Origin: Sphyrna mokarran
Taxonomy: Eukaryota
Reading direction: 5' to 3'
Assembly (NCBI GenBank): GCA_024679065.1
Contig: JAGIQG010000011.1
Location: 46,872,001-46,936,000 of the forward strand
Length of the DNA: 64,000 nt
The notes under the pieces are model-generated. The model saw only the letters and a list, made by a program, of their open reading frames with translations. It was not told the origin of the DNA and did no database searches. The translations under genes were made by a program, and so were the position numbers. Positions within the stretch are counted from its first letter, which is position 1. Each line of letters begins with the position of its first letter. Of this stretch, positions 22,331-33,990 are shown in pieces.

Positions 22331-24974
22331 TTGGTTGTTTTAATTTGGGTCAATGTCTATTGGTGATTTATCCTGATTTATTCTTCTTCAACTTTTCTGC
22401 AGTGATTTGATGATACTGAGTGGCATGCTAGGCATTTCAGAGGGCAATTAAGAGTCAACCACATTGCTGTGAGTCTGAAGTTAGTATAGGCCTTCCCTAA
22501 ACAGCATTACGTAACTAGATGTGTGTTTACCATAAACTAATTTTTTCATGATTGCCATTACTGAATCAAGAATTAATTAATTGAATTTAAATTCCATGGT
22601 GGTGAGATTTAACATCTGTCTCTGGAATATTGAAATGCGTTTTACAGAGCACAGTGATCCCCAATTGACCAGCTGAGAAGTTGGTAATGAGCTGGCCAAC
22701 GTACTGATTTACAGTTAAGCAATTTTGCACTGGGAGCAGCATTAATTATTTTAAGACCACTCTCAGGAGGAAGTCCTGCCTTAGAAATCTGCTGGCCAAT
22801 CAGACAGCCAGCAGCTCTGTTATTCCAGCATTGTCAGGCAGGTGCCGTAGTCAATGCAGGGACTACAGACATCTCTAGTGAAAAGGCGCCTGACTTAAGG
22901 TAAGTGGGGGGTGTCACTGGAGTCAGGCTGATGGGGAATTCAGGTTTGAGAGACCAGATGGGGAAGATAAAAGAGGAAGTATTATCTAGCTGGGGAGTGA
23001 GGAAGCTTCCAATGGAGAGACAACCCACAAAGGAGGTGCTCTCCTTTTGCCTAATATCAGTTTACATAGCTGAAACTGATGACTTCCTGCTTTGCATGGG
23101 TCTTCTCTGAGGCAGGGCTCCCCTGGATAGAACAGTCACTGGATTTTGCAAGCATCCTGCCTTCAAAACCACCAATGGAGCAGTGTAAAATCCTGTCAAT
23201 TATTCTTGGCCTCTAGACTAGTAATCACGCAGTTTCACAATACTATTATTCCTAGGGAAAAGCATACTACAGCCTTGTTTTTCATTCCATAGGTGATGAA
23301 TTTCTTAGCTTTCCTTTCAAGTCATCTGATGAACATATGCTTGTCTTGCAACCTGGCTGATATTACCAAGATCCCCATGGCTGACTGAAACAAATATGTT
23401 CCCATACAATTCGAGTCTTCTTGTAGTCACAGAAAGAACTTTGTGGATCTTTTATGCAGTAGTTAGAGAACTGCACTGTCTTTCTGTGATGATTCTCTCT
23501 GCCCATAGGATCCTTGAATGACTAATTCTGTTTATGAATCCTATGAATGGTTAATATCCATTGGAATACACCCTCCTTTGTGCTACCCAACCTTTCTGTG
23601 TTCTAGTCTGCGCTGTTCTCTCTACACTTCCAGCATAATGCCAGATGAAGGTATACTCCTGAGAAATAACATATCTGTTGCAAAGAACTTTCCATTGAAA
23701 ATGAGAGTGGCATTAATGTCAGAAACAGTGAAAACAAGTCTTGGTATGTTTGAGGAAAATGGTATCAGGTTGTTATATAAAATAATTCCCCAGCACAACA
23801 TGTAACTGAAACTCCCTACAATCTTCAAGCATATTGGCCTTATCTAAGCATACTAGCCTTATCCAAGCCTGTTAACAGCTTTGCTTGTAATTTTTAATTT
23901 GATGCAGTCCAAATATTTTGTTATTGTAAATGCAGGAAATTAGGAACTGCTGAGGCTTGGGCCAGTAATAATTTATTTAAATTATCTCATTTTAAACTCA
24001 ATTATAAAATGACAAGAGTGTACAGCAATTTTGGATTTAATAATGAGATAAAAAGCTGATGGAACATATTTTAAAAAAAGGAGTAGGCCAAACAGTTCCT
24101 CCAGTTTGCTTCCCTTTTAATAAGGCTATGGCTGAAGTCCTAGTGTTAGCGTCCCAGACCAGAACCCCAAGGTATAATGAGGTCAGACTAGACTCTGAAC
24201 TATTTTTTTATTTTAACATAAATGTGGGGATACAGTAGTACAGTGGTTAGCACTGCTGCTTGTCAAGAGGGTTGTCAAGTTCTGAATGTCTTGGGTCAGT
24301 TGGATGAGTGGGGAGAAAGTGATGAAGGGGAGGGAGGGGGAGGATCAGCCAGGCATGAGTGGAAACATTGTTTGTTCCTGTGTGGTCACACCTAAGTTTA
24401 ATTCTGTTTGCCAATAAACAAGGGTCCAATGCCACTCCCAATTAAATACCCTTTTAAAAATCCATACACAGAAAATCTGCTACATTTCTTTTACAAATAC
24501 ACTATCTAATTGCTCAAAAAACTCAGTTAAACTTGTCAAATACAACTGGACTTTTACATATCCATTCTACCCTTAGAGAGGTCAGTGTGATCCTGCCATC
24601 TCACTCTTAGAGAAAGTAGCTCCTGCAAGCTGTGTCAGTCAGCTGCAGTGGTTCATCAAATGCGATGTGAATCAGGGATAAGCAAGGATTTGAGGGCAAC
24701 AGGATGATGAATGAAGCCTACTGCCCCCTTCATACTCTGCCCTCCCCACTCCCTCCCTTTCTCAATCCTCTCCACAGAGAAAAGATGAATTTTGGCATGC
24801 AGCCAGGCCAGCTACCCTTTATGGTATTGTCTCTGCCAAGACAGATAGATGTTGCCTACAGCACCAGGACCATCTCCATGCCTCATCCAGCACCACAGGA
24901 GACAGACCTTGAACATCAGAGGATCGGATGCCAACTGCCCATTACAGTGGAGGGGGTATGATGACGGCCTTTCT

Positions 24975-25765
24975 GCTGTACAGAAAGCTCTGCTCCTTTA
25001 ACGACATGTCGGACAACATTTGCCGCCAAAGACTGCGCCTTCATAGATAGATGGTGTGACATCTGTGCCAGGTTTCAACTCACCTGGCACCTAGAGGAGG
25101 AAAAGGAGGACACCTTCTCATGGTGGCCATGAAGGTCGCAGCTGCTTTGACTTTTTTTTATGCATCTGGATCATTTCAGGGCTCAAGTGGGGACTTGTGC
25201 AGAATTTCTCAAACCTTTGCGCGAGTGCATCCACAAAATGACTGATGCCTTGTATGCCCCGGCATCTGATCCATCATCTTCTACCTAGACCAGGTCCATC
25301 AGGATGTCAAGGTTGAAGGATTCTCTGCCGTTGCCAGGATGCACCAGGTCCAGGGGACAATAGATGGCACTCGTGTCGTCCTTTGAGCTCCGTCTCAACA
25401 TGGGGTGCCCTTCATTAACCGAAACAGATACCACTCCCACAAACGTCCAGCTGGTGTGCGACCGTCTTGTGAATATTATGCACATCTGTGGATGTTACTT
25501 TGGGAGCACTCATGATTTCTACATCCTGGCACAGTTGGAGATAACTGACATGTTTGAGGGTCATCCTCGGCTGACCAGTTGATGAGTGGGGGGACAGGTA
25601 ATAACTGCTAAGATAATGGCTGATGATGCTTGTGTGAAGATCCCAGACCGAGGGGAAAACCCATTACAATGTGGCCCACTTTGCCACCAGGAGCATCATT
25701 AAGCAGTGCATAGAGCTCCTCAAGATGTGATTCTACTGTTTGGACAGCTCTGGCAAGGCATTACC
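24975..25765 (+). pseudogene. PIF/Harbinger (DDE_Tnp_4, HARBI1-like) transposase relic
   Basis: Across frameshifts and stops: SFNDMSDNICRQRLRL, KVAAALTF.YASGSFQGSSGDLCRISQ, QVQGTIDGT, FINRNRYHS.NVQLVCD, GSTHDFYIL, YNVAHFATRSIIKQCIELLKM*FYCLD. Confidence 0.9.
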
Positions 25766-25853
25766 ATTAGAGGAAGAGCTGAAACCAATATAGAGAAGAG
25801 CTATGGATGAGGAACTAGCATCTGAAAAAACGGTAGCACTTAAAACTAGAAAC

Positions 25854-26053
25854 TACCAAAATAAGTGAAATAGGAAATAGAGTGGGATTTTCAGCTCCTT
25901 CGGCATCCTGCTTTTCTGCGCCATCCTGGTCCTCTGCCTCCTCTTTCCATGTCATCCTGTTGCTGTGCGAGATTGTGGAGCTATCTGTGCCAAGGAGGAT
26001 GCCGAAGGAGCTGAAAATCCCACCCTTTATATTCTATTTCACTTATTTTGGTA
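25854..26053. repeat. Inverted repeat (56/58-bp arms, 86-bp spacer) containing an inverted Harbinger transposase tail
   Basis: 25854-25909 pairs with 25996-26053. The spacer read on the minus strand gives LHNLAQQQDD / EEAEDQDGAEKQDAEGAENP. Confidence 0.85.
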
Positions 26054-26677
26054 TTATAGGATATATGATACGAGTGCCTGATGCCTTTTCTGGTTTTAAG
26101 TGCTACCATTTTTTCACGCTAGTTCCTTATCCACAGCTCTTCTATATATTGGTTTCAACTCTTCCTGCTATAGCCTATCACTGGCACAACAGCAGTCTTT
26201 TGTGAAAACTAAGCCAATTCTTTCATTCCCTGTAAGATTTCTCTTTTTATTTCTAACCTCTCATAACCTTACTTTATATGTGTTTATAAAATTCTTTACC
26301 GATTCTCTTTTTTACTTACCAGTTTTGTATCATACCTTCAAGTACCACTCTTTCTTTGTCTTTGCTTTCCTCAATATTTCTGTATTTTGACTTGTTTCCT
26401 TTTCTGTATTTCTATATTGTATATCAGTTTTTAGATCTTAATTTTAGGTTCTCAGCTTATTCAAGAAACTCCAGTTTTCCCTTGTCTTCCTGTTTGTAAA
26501 AAAATGTCTAATCTGCCCCTAAATATTCCCTTTTTAAACTTTTCCCATTATTTTCACAATGACATTTTAGTCCCCACAATCGAGAGAGCCAATGTAATTG
26601 GAGGAAACTGTTCAGAAATTGGAGAACAAGCTGAGCGAAATACCTAAGTGGCCAGAAAAATATCAGGTGAAGTTTGA

Positions 26678-27040
26678 GGGGAAGCAATGGCCTAGTGTAT
26701 TATTGCTAAACTATTAATTCAGAAACTGGACTAATACCCTGGGGACCCAGGTTCGAATCCTGCCACAGCAGATGGTGGAATCTGAATTCAATGAAAGATA
26801 TTTGGAATTAAGAATCTACTAATGACCATGAAACCGTTGTTGATTGTCAGAAAACCCTATCTAGTTCACTAATGTCCTTTTAGGGAAGGAAATCTGCTAT
26901 CGTTTCTTGGTCTGGCTTATATGTTACTCCAGAGCCATAGCAATATGGTTGACTCTCAACTGCCTCCAAGGGCAACTAGGGATGGCAATAAATGCTTGCC
27001 AGCCAGTGATGCCTATGTCCCATGAATGAGTAAGAAAAAA
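26678..27040 (+). mobile_element. Deu-domain tRNA-derived SINE (SacSINE1-like), near full length
   Basis: A box TGGCCTAGTG (26688) and B box GGTTCGAATCC (26750-26760); central ggttcactaatgtccttt-agggaaggaaatctgc-type segment; 3' tail gggcaactagggatggcaataaatg...catgaatga shared with LINE family B. Confidence 0.8.
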
Positions 27041-27190
27041 TAGTCAAATATAAAATAATGCACAGTGATATATTCAGAAAGGACCAGTTTCACCATCTAT
27101 CACTAAAGTACCTGAAAAGAGAAATTTCATCCTTCTGCCCATAGCAAATAGATTGTCTACACAGCCAACATCTTTGCTGTGCTAAATGAA

Positions 27191-27307
27191 GTGGAGATGC
27201 CGTCGTTGGACTGGGGTAAACACAGTAAGAAGTCTGACAACACCAGGTTTAAGATTTATAATAAATCGGTGGAACTTAAACCTAGTGTTGTCAGACTTCT
27301 TACTGTG
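27191..27307. mobile_element. Fold-back Penelope-type mini-element (family H3) with a 16-bp flanking direct repeat
   Basis: Arms 27221-27253 and 27275-27307 (32/33 complementary); CTGTGCTAAATGAAGT at 27177-27192 and 27303-27318. Confidence 0.75.
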
Positions 27308-28697
27308 CTAAATGAAGTACAGGTGTAAGCGTCTCTAAAATGTACTAATTGACCCTATTGTCTGGCATTCCATGTTGGAAACACAATTCAATTAGTCACT
27401 TTTTGTTCTCAGCTAATGAAACCAATCAACATCCCCAAATTTGTAGACTGAATTGAACTTATTAGCAACATCGTGGTGTAAATTAACCGACATTAATCCA
27501 AATCCCTTCTAGGTAACAATTTCAAAATATGACTGTTTTGGAACAATTGTAATATAATCAATGTATCTGTAACTGACTGTGAACAATATCATTGGTAATC
27601 TGCTAAATCATCAACTTTGATGTATATATTATATATATTTATAAAGCCAATTGACTGTGTGATAGTTAAAGTAAGTCAACCACAGTGTGATTATAAAAGT
27701 CTGTTGTAAAATATTCTTGGAATTAAGTATTAGAAGATAAAAGATGTGTTATTTTAATCCTTAACTAGATCCCTTGCAAACATTGGTAATGCTGTACTAG
27801 AGAACTTGCAGTTTTTAAGAATAAGGTGTTCACTTAAGGAATTATACTAGATTCACTAATTTACAATGCAGACTTGTAGATCCTTTTTACCTTTACTCTT
27901 CAGAATTTCAAAGCCATTTGTGAGACATCTGTGTGATTTCTCCTTCCTGTGTGAATTATTTTATAATACAGTACAGTAAAATTAATGTATCATTGTTCTT
28001 GCATATGTATTTTGACAAACTTATAAATTTCTTGGCTGTCTTTTGCATTCCATTGCTCTTCCTAGAATAGTATTATCTGCAAAGCTGACTAATTTATTTT
28101 GGAGTTATGAATTCTAATCATTGATATAAATTACAATCAATGTTGATCCCCAATAAGGCACCCCATTCAATAAACTTCTGACAAATATTGGTTGTTTTCT
28201 ACCCTTTAGCTTTTCTTGTCCATTCCCAAGCTTTATCCCAGTCCCCAAAACTTTATGTTTAACTAATCTCCTTTGTGTGGAATTTTGTCAAATGTCTCTT
28301 GGAAACAGACATTTTGTAGGATTTTCGTTCAGGCTATCATTTCCTTAACAAAGTCAAATAATTTTTCTTTTTCCTTTCCAATCCTAGCTAACTGCGTTTT
28401 GCAAAATCATTGTTGTAAAAATGATAAAATTTACTCCTGATCATTTAATTTTTTTGAGATTTGAAGTAATGTTCATAGGTTTGTAATGTCATTTAATGCT
28501 TTTTAACCTTTTTGAATACTTCCTGCTACTGCTCATCTTATTAGCACTTCAAAATTATGTGGAAAATCTAATTGTGGTGGTTGATATAATTGAAAGGACT
28601 AATAATTAAATGGAACAGTTGTATTACCTTAAATAGCAAATGTCATTAAATTTCTTCACAAAAATTTAATGCTTTTATTGTGTTTTTGTTTTCACAG

Positions 28698-28755
28698 TTC
28701 TTAAAGGCAATAATGGATCGAGACTACAAATTGTCAAGAAAGCTTTGTGAAATGA
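28698..28755 (+). CDS. ERICH2: ERICH2 coding exon (58 bp): FLKAIMDRDYKLSRKLCEM
   Basis: Acceptor tgtttttgttttcacag and consensus donor A|gtaagt; conserved ERICH2 core peptide. Too short to appear in the ORF track. Confidence 0.9.
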
Positions 28756-29749
28756 GTAAGTACAAAAATTGCTTTTGAGTATTTTTCATGTTAGAATGTT
28801 TGATCATGTTTTCTTTGTGGAATGAATTGTGTTCAAGTTATGTTTAGGCTTTTTAAAAACAAAATATATTCACATCAATTTAAAATGAAAGGCATGAATT
28901 GAAATTGTTTATTGAAGTCAGATTTTATAGAATCACAACGGCCAAAATGTTATTCCACCCCTCTCTCTCCGCTGGGAATGGGATGGCAGGAGAGGGGAGC
29001 TATAAAATAGGGTGCTACGGTGGTAGGACACTGCTTGCCATCTACCCATTTCCACTTTCTGTGATTTTGGTGGAGGAAGGAAGCATTGCGTCATGGGCTA
29101 ATTGAGGCTATTAAATGGCCAACTAATGATCATTTAAAGGGCTCCTCCAGAGCTGCCGCTGGAATTTTATCTGCAGTGGAAAAGGCTGGCACCAGATATC
29201 CAGCCCACCAGGTTTCAGCTGGTGACCAGGCAAAGAGTGGAGCGCTTCCTTTTTGTGCCAATCATCGGATTAACCCCCACCACAATATTCCATGCTTTCC
29301 ATCAGTCTAGTCCAAGCCACCCAACTCACCCGGGCCTGTAGCCTGTTCCGGCAGGATCCAGGACTCATCCTTCATCCCAACTCAATTAAAAATGCCTGCT
29401 GGGAATAGTGAGCTAGTGGCTGTTTGATTGGCTGGCAGTTCTCAGAGGTGGGATGCCCTCCCCAATGTGTTGGGAAGTGCGTGGGAGAAAGGGGGCAAGT
29501 TGGGGGAGGACTTATCTCAAGCCAGTTCATGGTCCAAAGGCTGTAAAATGGGTGCCCTGAGCCATATAGCTAGGAAAAGGCTCACCCCTAAATCTATTAT
29601 GGAGTGGCTGAGCCCAGCCTTCAGTGTAAAATTCAGCTCAGTAGGGCACACTTCTTTTATGAAACTGTTTGACAAAGATTGCCTGTATTTTTCTGGAAAA
29701 TAACAAGCTATTTCTTCTTTGAACCCATACCCCAAATGGGAAGAAAAAG

Positions 29750-30013
29750 TGCTAAGTGTTCTTGTTGTATTTTGGTTCCACATGTTGCTGGTAATCACAA
29801 CTTAAATTTGAAGAATTTAGACTTTGTTACCTTTGTTCCCAAGCTACTTCGTACACCAAAAGGACTGGATTAAACTGGCTCTGTTATAAATTGTATCAGT
29901 CTTCAGTATAGCCATGAAATGTGGCACCGTGGAATACCTATACATAAAAATTAGTTTCTAGCTAGTTTGTAGCTCTGTAGAGATATTGATAGATAATATG
30001 ATAATATATTACA
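29750..30013 (-). repeat. Gypsy 3' LTR
   Basis: Shares blocks gtgttcttgttgta.tt..gttcc, aaggac..aatt.aa.tgg.tctgtt and gaaatgt...c.tggaa.ac.tatacat...ctagcta..tagctct.ta.agatatt with 35736-35985. Confidence 0.7.
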
Positions 30014-30679
30014 TCCCGCTTTGTTTAAATTTAATAGTTGTTCCAGGCATTAACCAATAAATGAAAGGAGATTATTAATCAACTTTTGAAAATACAGTGA
30101 ACTTCTTGGATTATTTGTAGCACAGATTATTTCCTAAAAATACTGCAGAACAGTACTATTTAATTGGTAAGATATTTTGTATCCATCTTGTAGACTTAGC
30201 ATTCCTTGCTTTTAGTGCTGAGTTGGCATGCTGCACAGATGTTGTGCATGTTATCTCTGGTGTTGCAGAAATCGTTTGCTGTTTCTAATGTTGTTTCATT
30301 TTCTGGTGACATTAATGTTGTCTCTGATGGTACTGATGTTTTTGTTGTTGCTGATGGTCTTTTCTGTTTGTCCAGCTCTGGTGTTGGCCAAATATGAGCT
30401 CTGCTTTTCATTTGTTACACATTTTGGTCTCAATTGTATATAACTTAGGTGTCTCGACTTCAGCAACAACCTTTGCTGGGCTTCCAGTTTTCAAAAGCTC
30501 ATGTAGGAATTTAGTATGTTCAGTGAATCTCCTGGTCACTTGGAGGATGTGCTTTGTTTGGCTGAGTAGTCATATTTTTTCCATTCAGCAACGTTACATG
30601 TCACTTCATTCAACCTTGTGGTGTGTAGATTGGAGTGATAATATAACAAGGTTGGGTCTTCCTTTATTGCTTGGCATTT

Positions 30680-31797
30680 GGTGATGTGAGAGTGACAACC
30701 CGTGACATCAAGGCTGTGTTTGACTGAATGTGGCATCAAGGAGCCGCAAAACTGGAATCAATGGATATGAGGAGATAAACTCTCCACTAGTTGGAGTCAT
30801 ACCTGGCATATAGGAAGATGTTTGTAGTTGTGGAAGGTCAGTTATCTTGGTTCCAGGACATCTCAACAGGAGTCCCTCAAGGTAGTGTCATAGGCCCAAC
30901 CATCTTCAGCTGCTTTATCAATGATCTTCCCTCCGTCACAAGGTCAGAAGTGAACATGTTCACGATGATTGCAGAATGTTCAGCACCATTTGCAATGTTT
31001 CGTGAATGGTGCATGTTCAAATGCAACAAGATCTGGACAATATCGAGGCTTGAGCTGACAAGTGGCAAGTAATATTTGCGCAATGCAAACGCTAGGCAAT
31101 AATCATCGCCAATAAGAGACACTTTCACCGTCATTCCTTGACATTCAGTGGTGTCACATCCCCAAATGTCCACATCCTTGGAGTTATCATTGAAACTCAA
31201 CTGGACTTACCACATAAACACGGTGGCTACAAGAGCAGGTCAGTGACTAGGAATACTGTGGCACGTAATTTATCTCCTGACTCTCCAAAGTCTGTCCACC
31301 ATCTACAAGGGTGATGAAATACTCCCCACGTGCCTGGGTGGATGAAGCTTCAATAACACTGAAGAAGCTTGACACCATCTAGGACAAAGTAGCTCACTTG
31401 ATTGGCATCACATCCACAAACATATATTCCCTCCATCACCGACACTCAGTACACACTGCTGTTACTATCTACAAGATGCACTTCAGCAATTCACCAAAAG
31501 TCCTTAAACAGCGTCTTCCAAACCCATAACCAGTCTCGTCTAGAAGGATGAGGGCAGCAAATACATGGGAACACCACCACCTGCAAGTTCCCTTCCAAGC
31601 CACTCACCCTTCTGACTTAGAAATATATACCATTCCTTCGCAGTCACTGGATCAACATCCTGGAATTCCCTCTCTAACGACATTGTAGATTAACCCAAAG
31701 CACGTGTTCTGCCGCGATTCAAGAAGGTAGCTCACCACTGTCTTCTCGAGGGCAACCAGAGATGGGCCTTGAATGAATAGAATAGAAAAAAAAAATC
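30680..31797 (+). mobile_element. CR1/L2-type LINE (family B), 5'-truncated RT and 3' end, nested in the Gypsy integrase
   Basis: DIKAVFD.MWHQG and ESYLAYRKMFVVVEGQ...GVPQGSVIGPTIFSCFINDLP; tail gaatgaatagaatagaaaaaaaa. Confidence 0.85.
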
Positions 31798-32389
31798 ACT
31801 GGACTCTCTTGACTATTTGAACATATCTTTCTGTAAATCTGTCTCCTCAAGTATATTGTGGTGATATGGTGATGATGTTGAACCAGCAAACTCCTTAACC
31901 TCTTTGGATATGAACTGGTTGATATTATAACATGTTAATTTTTTAGGAATTCCTAGCTCAGCAAACAGAAATTGTGCTGTTGAGATAATAATTGTGGTTC
32001 TCAAGTTTTTCATCTTTGGACCAAAAGAAACTTTGAATCTTCACCTGCAATTATGAGTTACCATTCTTGTTTGTGTGTGAATAAATCAGCTCCAACAGTA
32101 TGCCATGGTTTGGTTTTATGTTCAGTGTTTCTGTACTTCTGGAAGACACTACCGGACAAATTCTGCAGCTTTGTCAGACAGCCCGCGGAAATCCTAATGC
32201 CCCATTGAAATGGAGCATTGGCCAAAAATTGGAATTCTTGCCAGACATGAGGGCAATGATATTCAATCTGTCCTTCCAGCCCCGATCGGGTTCCTGCCAA
32301 TAGCAGGTGGCACTGGTGAGATACTAATGTGGAACACAGATGGCAGAGGCATTGAACTAATATTTTGGCTTTGTCTTCACAATAAAAAA

Positions 32390-33990
32390 TAATGAAGGCA
32401 GTTAAGTCTCTGAAACTTGATGGCCTGCATCATAGGATATTAAAGGAGGTGTAAGCAGGGATTGTGGATGCATTAGTTGTGAGTTCAAAATTCGTTACAT
32501 TCTGGTAAGGTCCTGGTAGATTGGAAATACTCTGTGATGCCTTATTCAAAAAGGTGAGAGCAAAAAGTAGAAAACTATAGTGATGAGTAAGTTGCTGGAA
32601 TCGGTCATTAAGGAGGAGATGAATGAGCATTTGGAAAGGCAAAGCTCAATCCACCATTGTCAGCATGGTTTTATGAAGGATAAGTCATTCTTGACAAACT
32701 TGCTTGAGTTCTTTGAGGATGTAACCAGCAAGGTGGATAGTGGGGAACCTATGGATGTGGTACATCTGGACTTTCAGAAGCATTTGACAAAGTGCCGTAG
32801 AAAGTCTGATCCAGACGGTCAGATCACAGGATTGGGAGTAGAGTATTGGATTGGATTTAGGATCAGCTCACTGACAGAAAGCAGAGGGTCGGAATAGATG
32901 TGTCATAGAAACTAGAAGGTGTAGGCCATTTGGCCCTTTGAGCCTGCTTTTGTGGCTGGTGAAATGTAACTAGTAGAGTGCTGCAGGGGTCTGTCCTAGG
33001 ATCTCAACTGTTTACAATCTACAGAAATGATCTACAAGCAGGAACAGAGTGTAACGTAGCAAAATTTGTAGATGAAATTTAAAATAGGTAGGAAAGCAGG
33101 CAGTGAAGAGGAATAGATAGGCTAGGAGAATGGACCAAAATTTGGCAGTTGGCATTTAATGTGGATAAATGTGAGGTTGTCCATTTTGGCAGAAAAAATA
33201 GGCAAATTATTTACCTAAATGGAAAGCAGGTTAAAAATGCATCTGGGCAGAGGGATCTTGCTGTTCATTTGCTCAGTTGCTCTGGCTTTGCTGCCTAATC
33301 TATCACCTTCTATGGTTGTTCTGCACATCTTTCGCCAATGTTTGGCTTTTCCATAAACTCTGCATATCATGAATCACAGAAGGTCAGAACACAGATGCAG
33401 CATGTAATATAGGCAAATGGGATGTTGGCATTTATTGCAAAGGAACTGGGATATAGAGAAGTGTTGTTGCAATCATATAAGGTGTTGGTGAGACCACATC
33501 TGGAGTATTGTGTTCAGTTATGGTCTCCTTATTTGAGGAAGGATGTGGTGGCACTGGAGCAGTTCAGAGAAGATTCACCAGATTGATTCTGGGGATAAAA
33601 CAGTTGACATATGAGGAGAGATTAAACGTTTTGGGCTCATGCTCACTGGAGTTTGGCAAGGGAAACTGATTTGAAATATATAAAATTTTAAAACAGATTG
33701 ATAAAGTAGAAGCAGACCAAATGCTTCCTCTTATATGGCAATCTAGAACAAAAGGTCTGAGGGTAAAAGGTTGAGAGGTGGCAGATTTAAAACTTCTTGC
33801 AGAGAATGTTGAATTTGTATTACTCGCTGCCTCATAGTTGAATAGTTTCAAGGGGGCAGATATATTTCTAATAAAAAAGAAGAAGAGGTGGGGAGGTAGA
33901 TCTGAGACCATGGAGAGATCAGCCATGATCTGATTGAATAGCGGAGCAGGCACAAAGGGCTGAATTTGCCTGTATCTACTCCTAATTCCT
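32390..33990 (+). mobile_element. CR1 LINE (RT to 3' end), nested in the Gypsy pol region
   Basis: KLLESVIKEEMNEHLE...QHGFMKDKSFLTNLLEFFEDVTSKVDSGEPMDVVHLDFQK, followed by a CR1 3'UTR. Confidence 0.9.

Noticed and set aside
24975-25765. Domesticated HARBI1 gene
   Set aside because: Multiple stops and frameshifts, and a rearranged C-terminus.
26678-26770. tRNA gene (also at 13910-13984 and 24225-24260)
   Set aside because: The A/B boxes belong to SINE heads; there is no cloverleaf and SINE body sequence follows in the longer copies.
29740-29755. Target-site duplication of the Gypsy provirus
   Set aside because: The flanks (aaaag versus gcagc) do not match, so the exact LTR ends remain uncertain.
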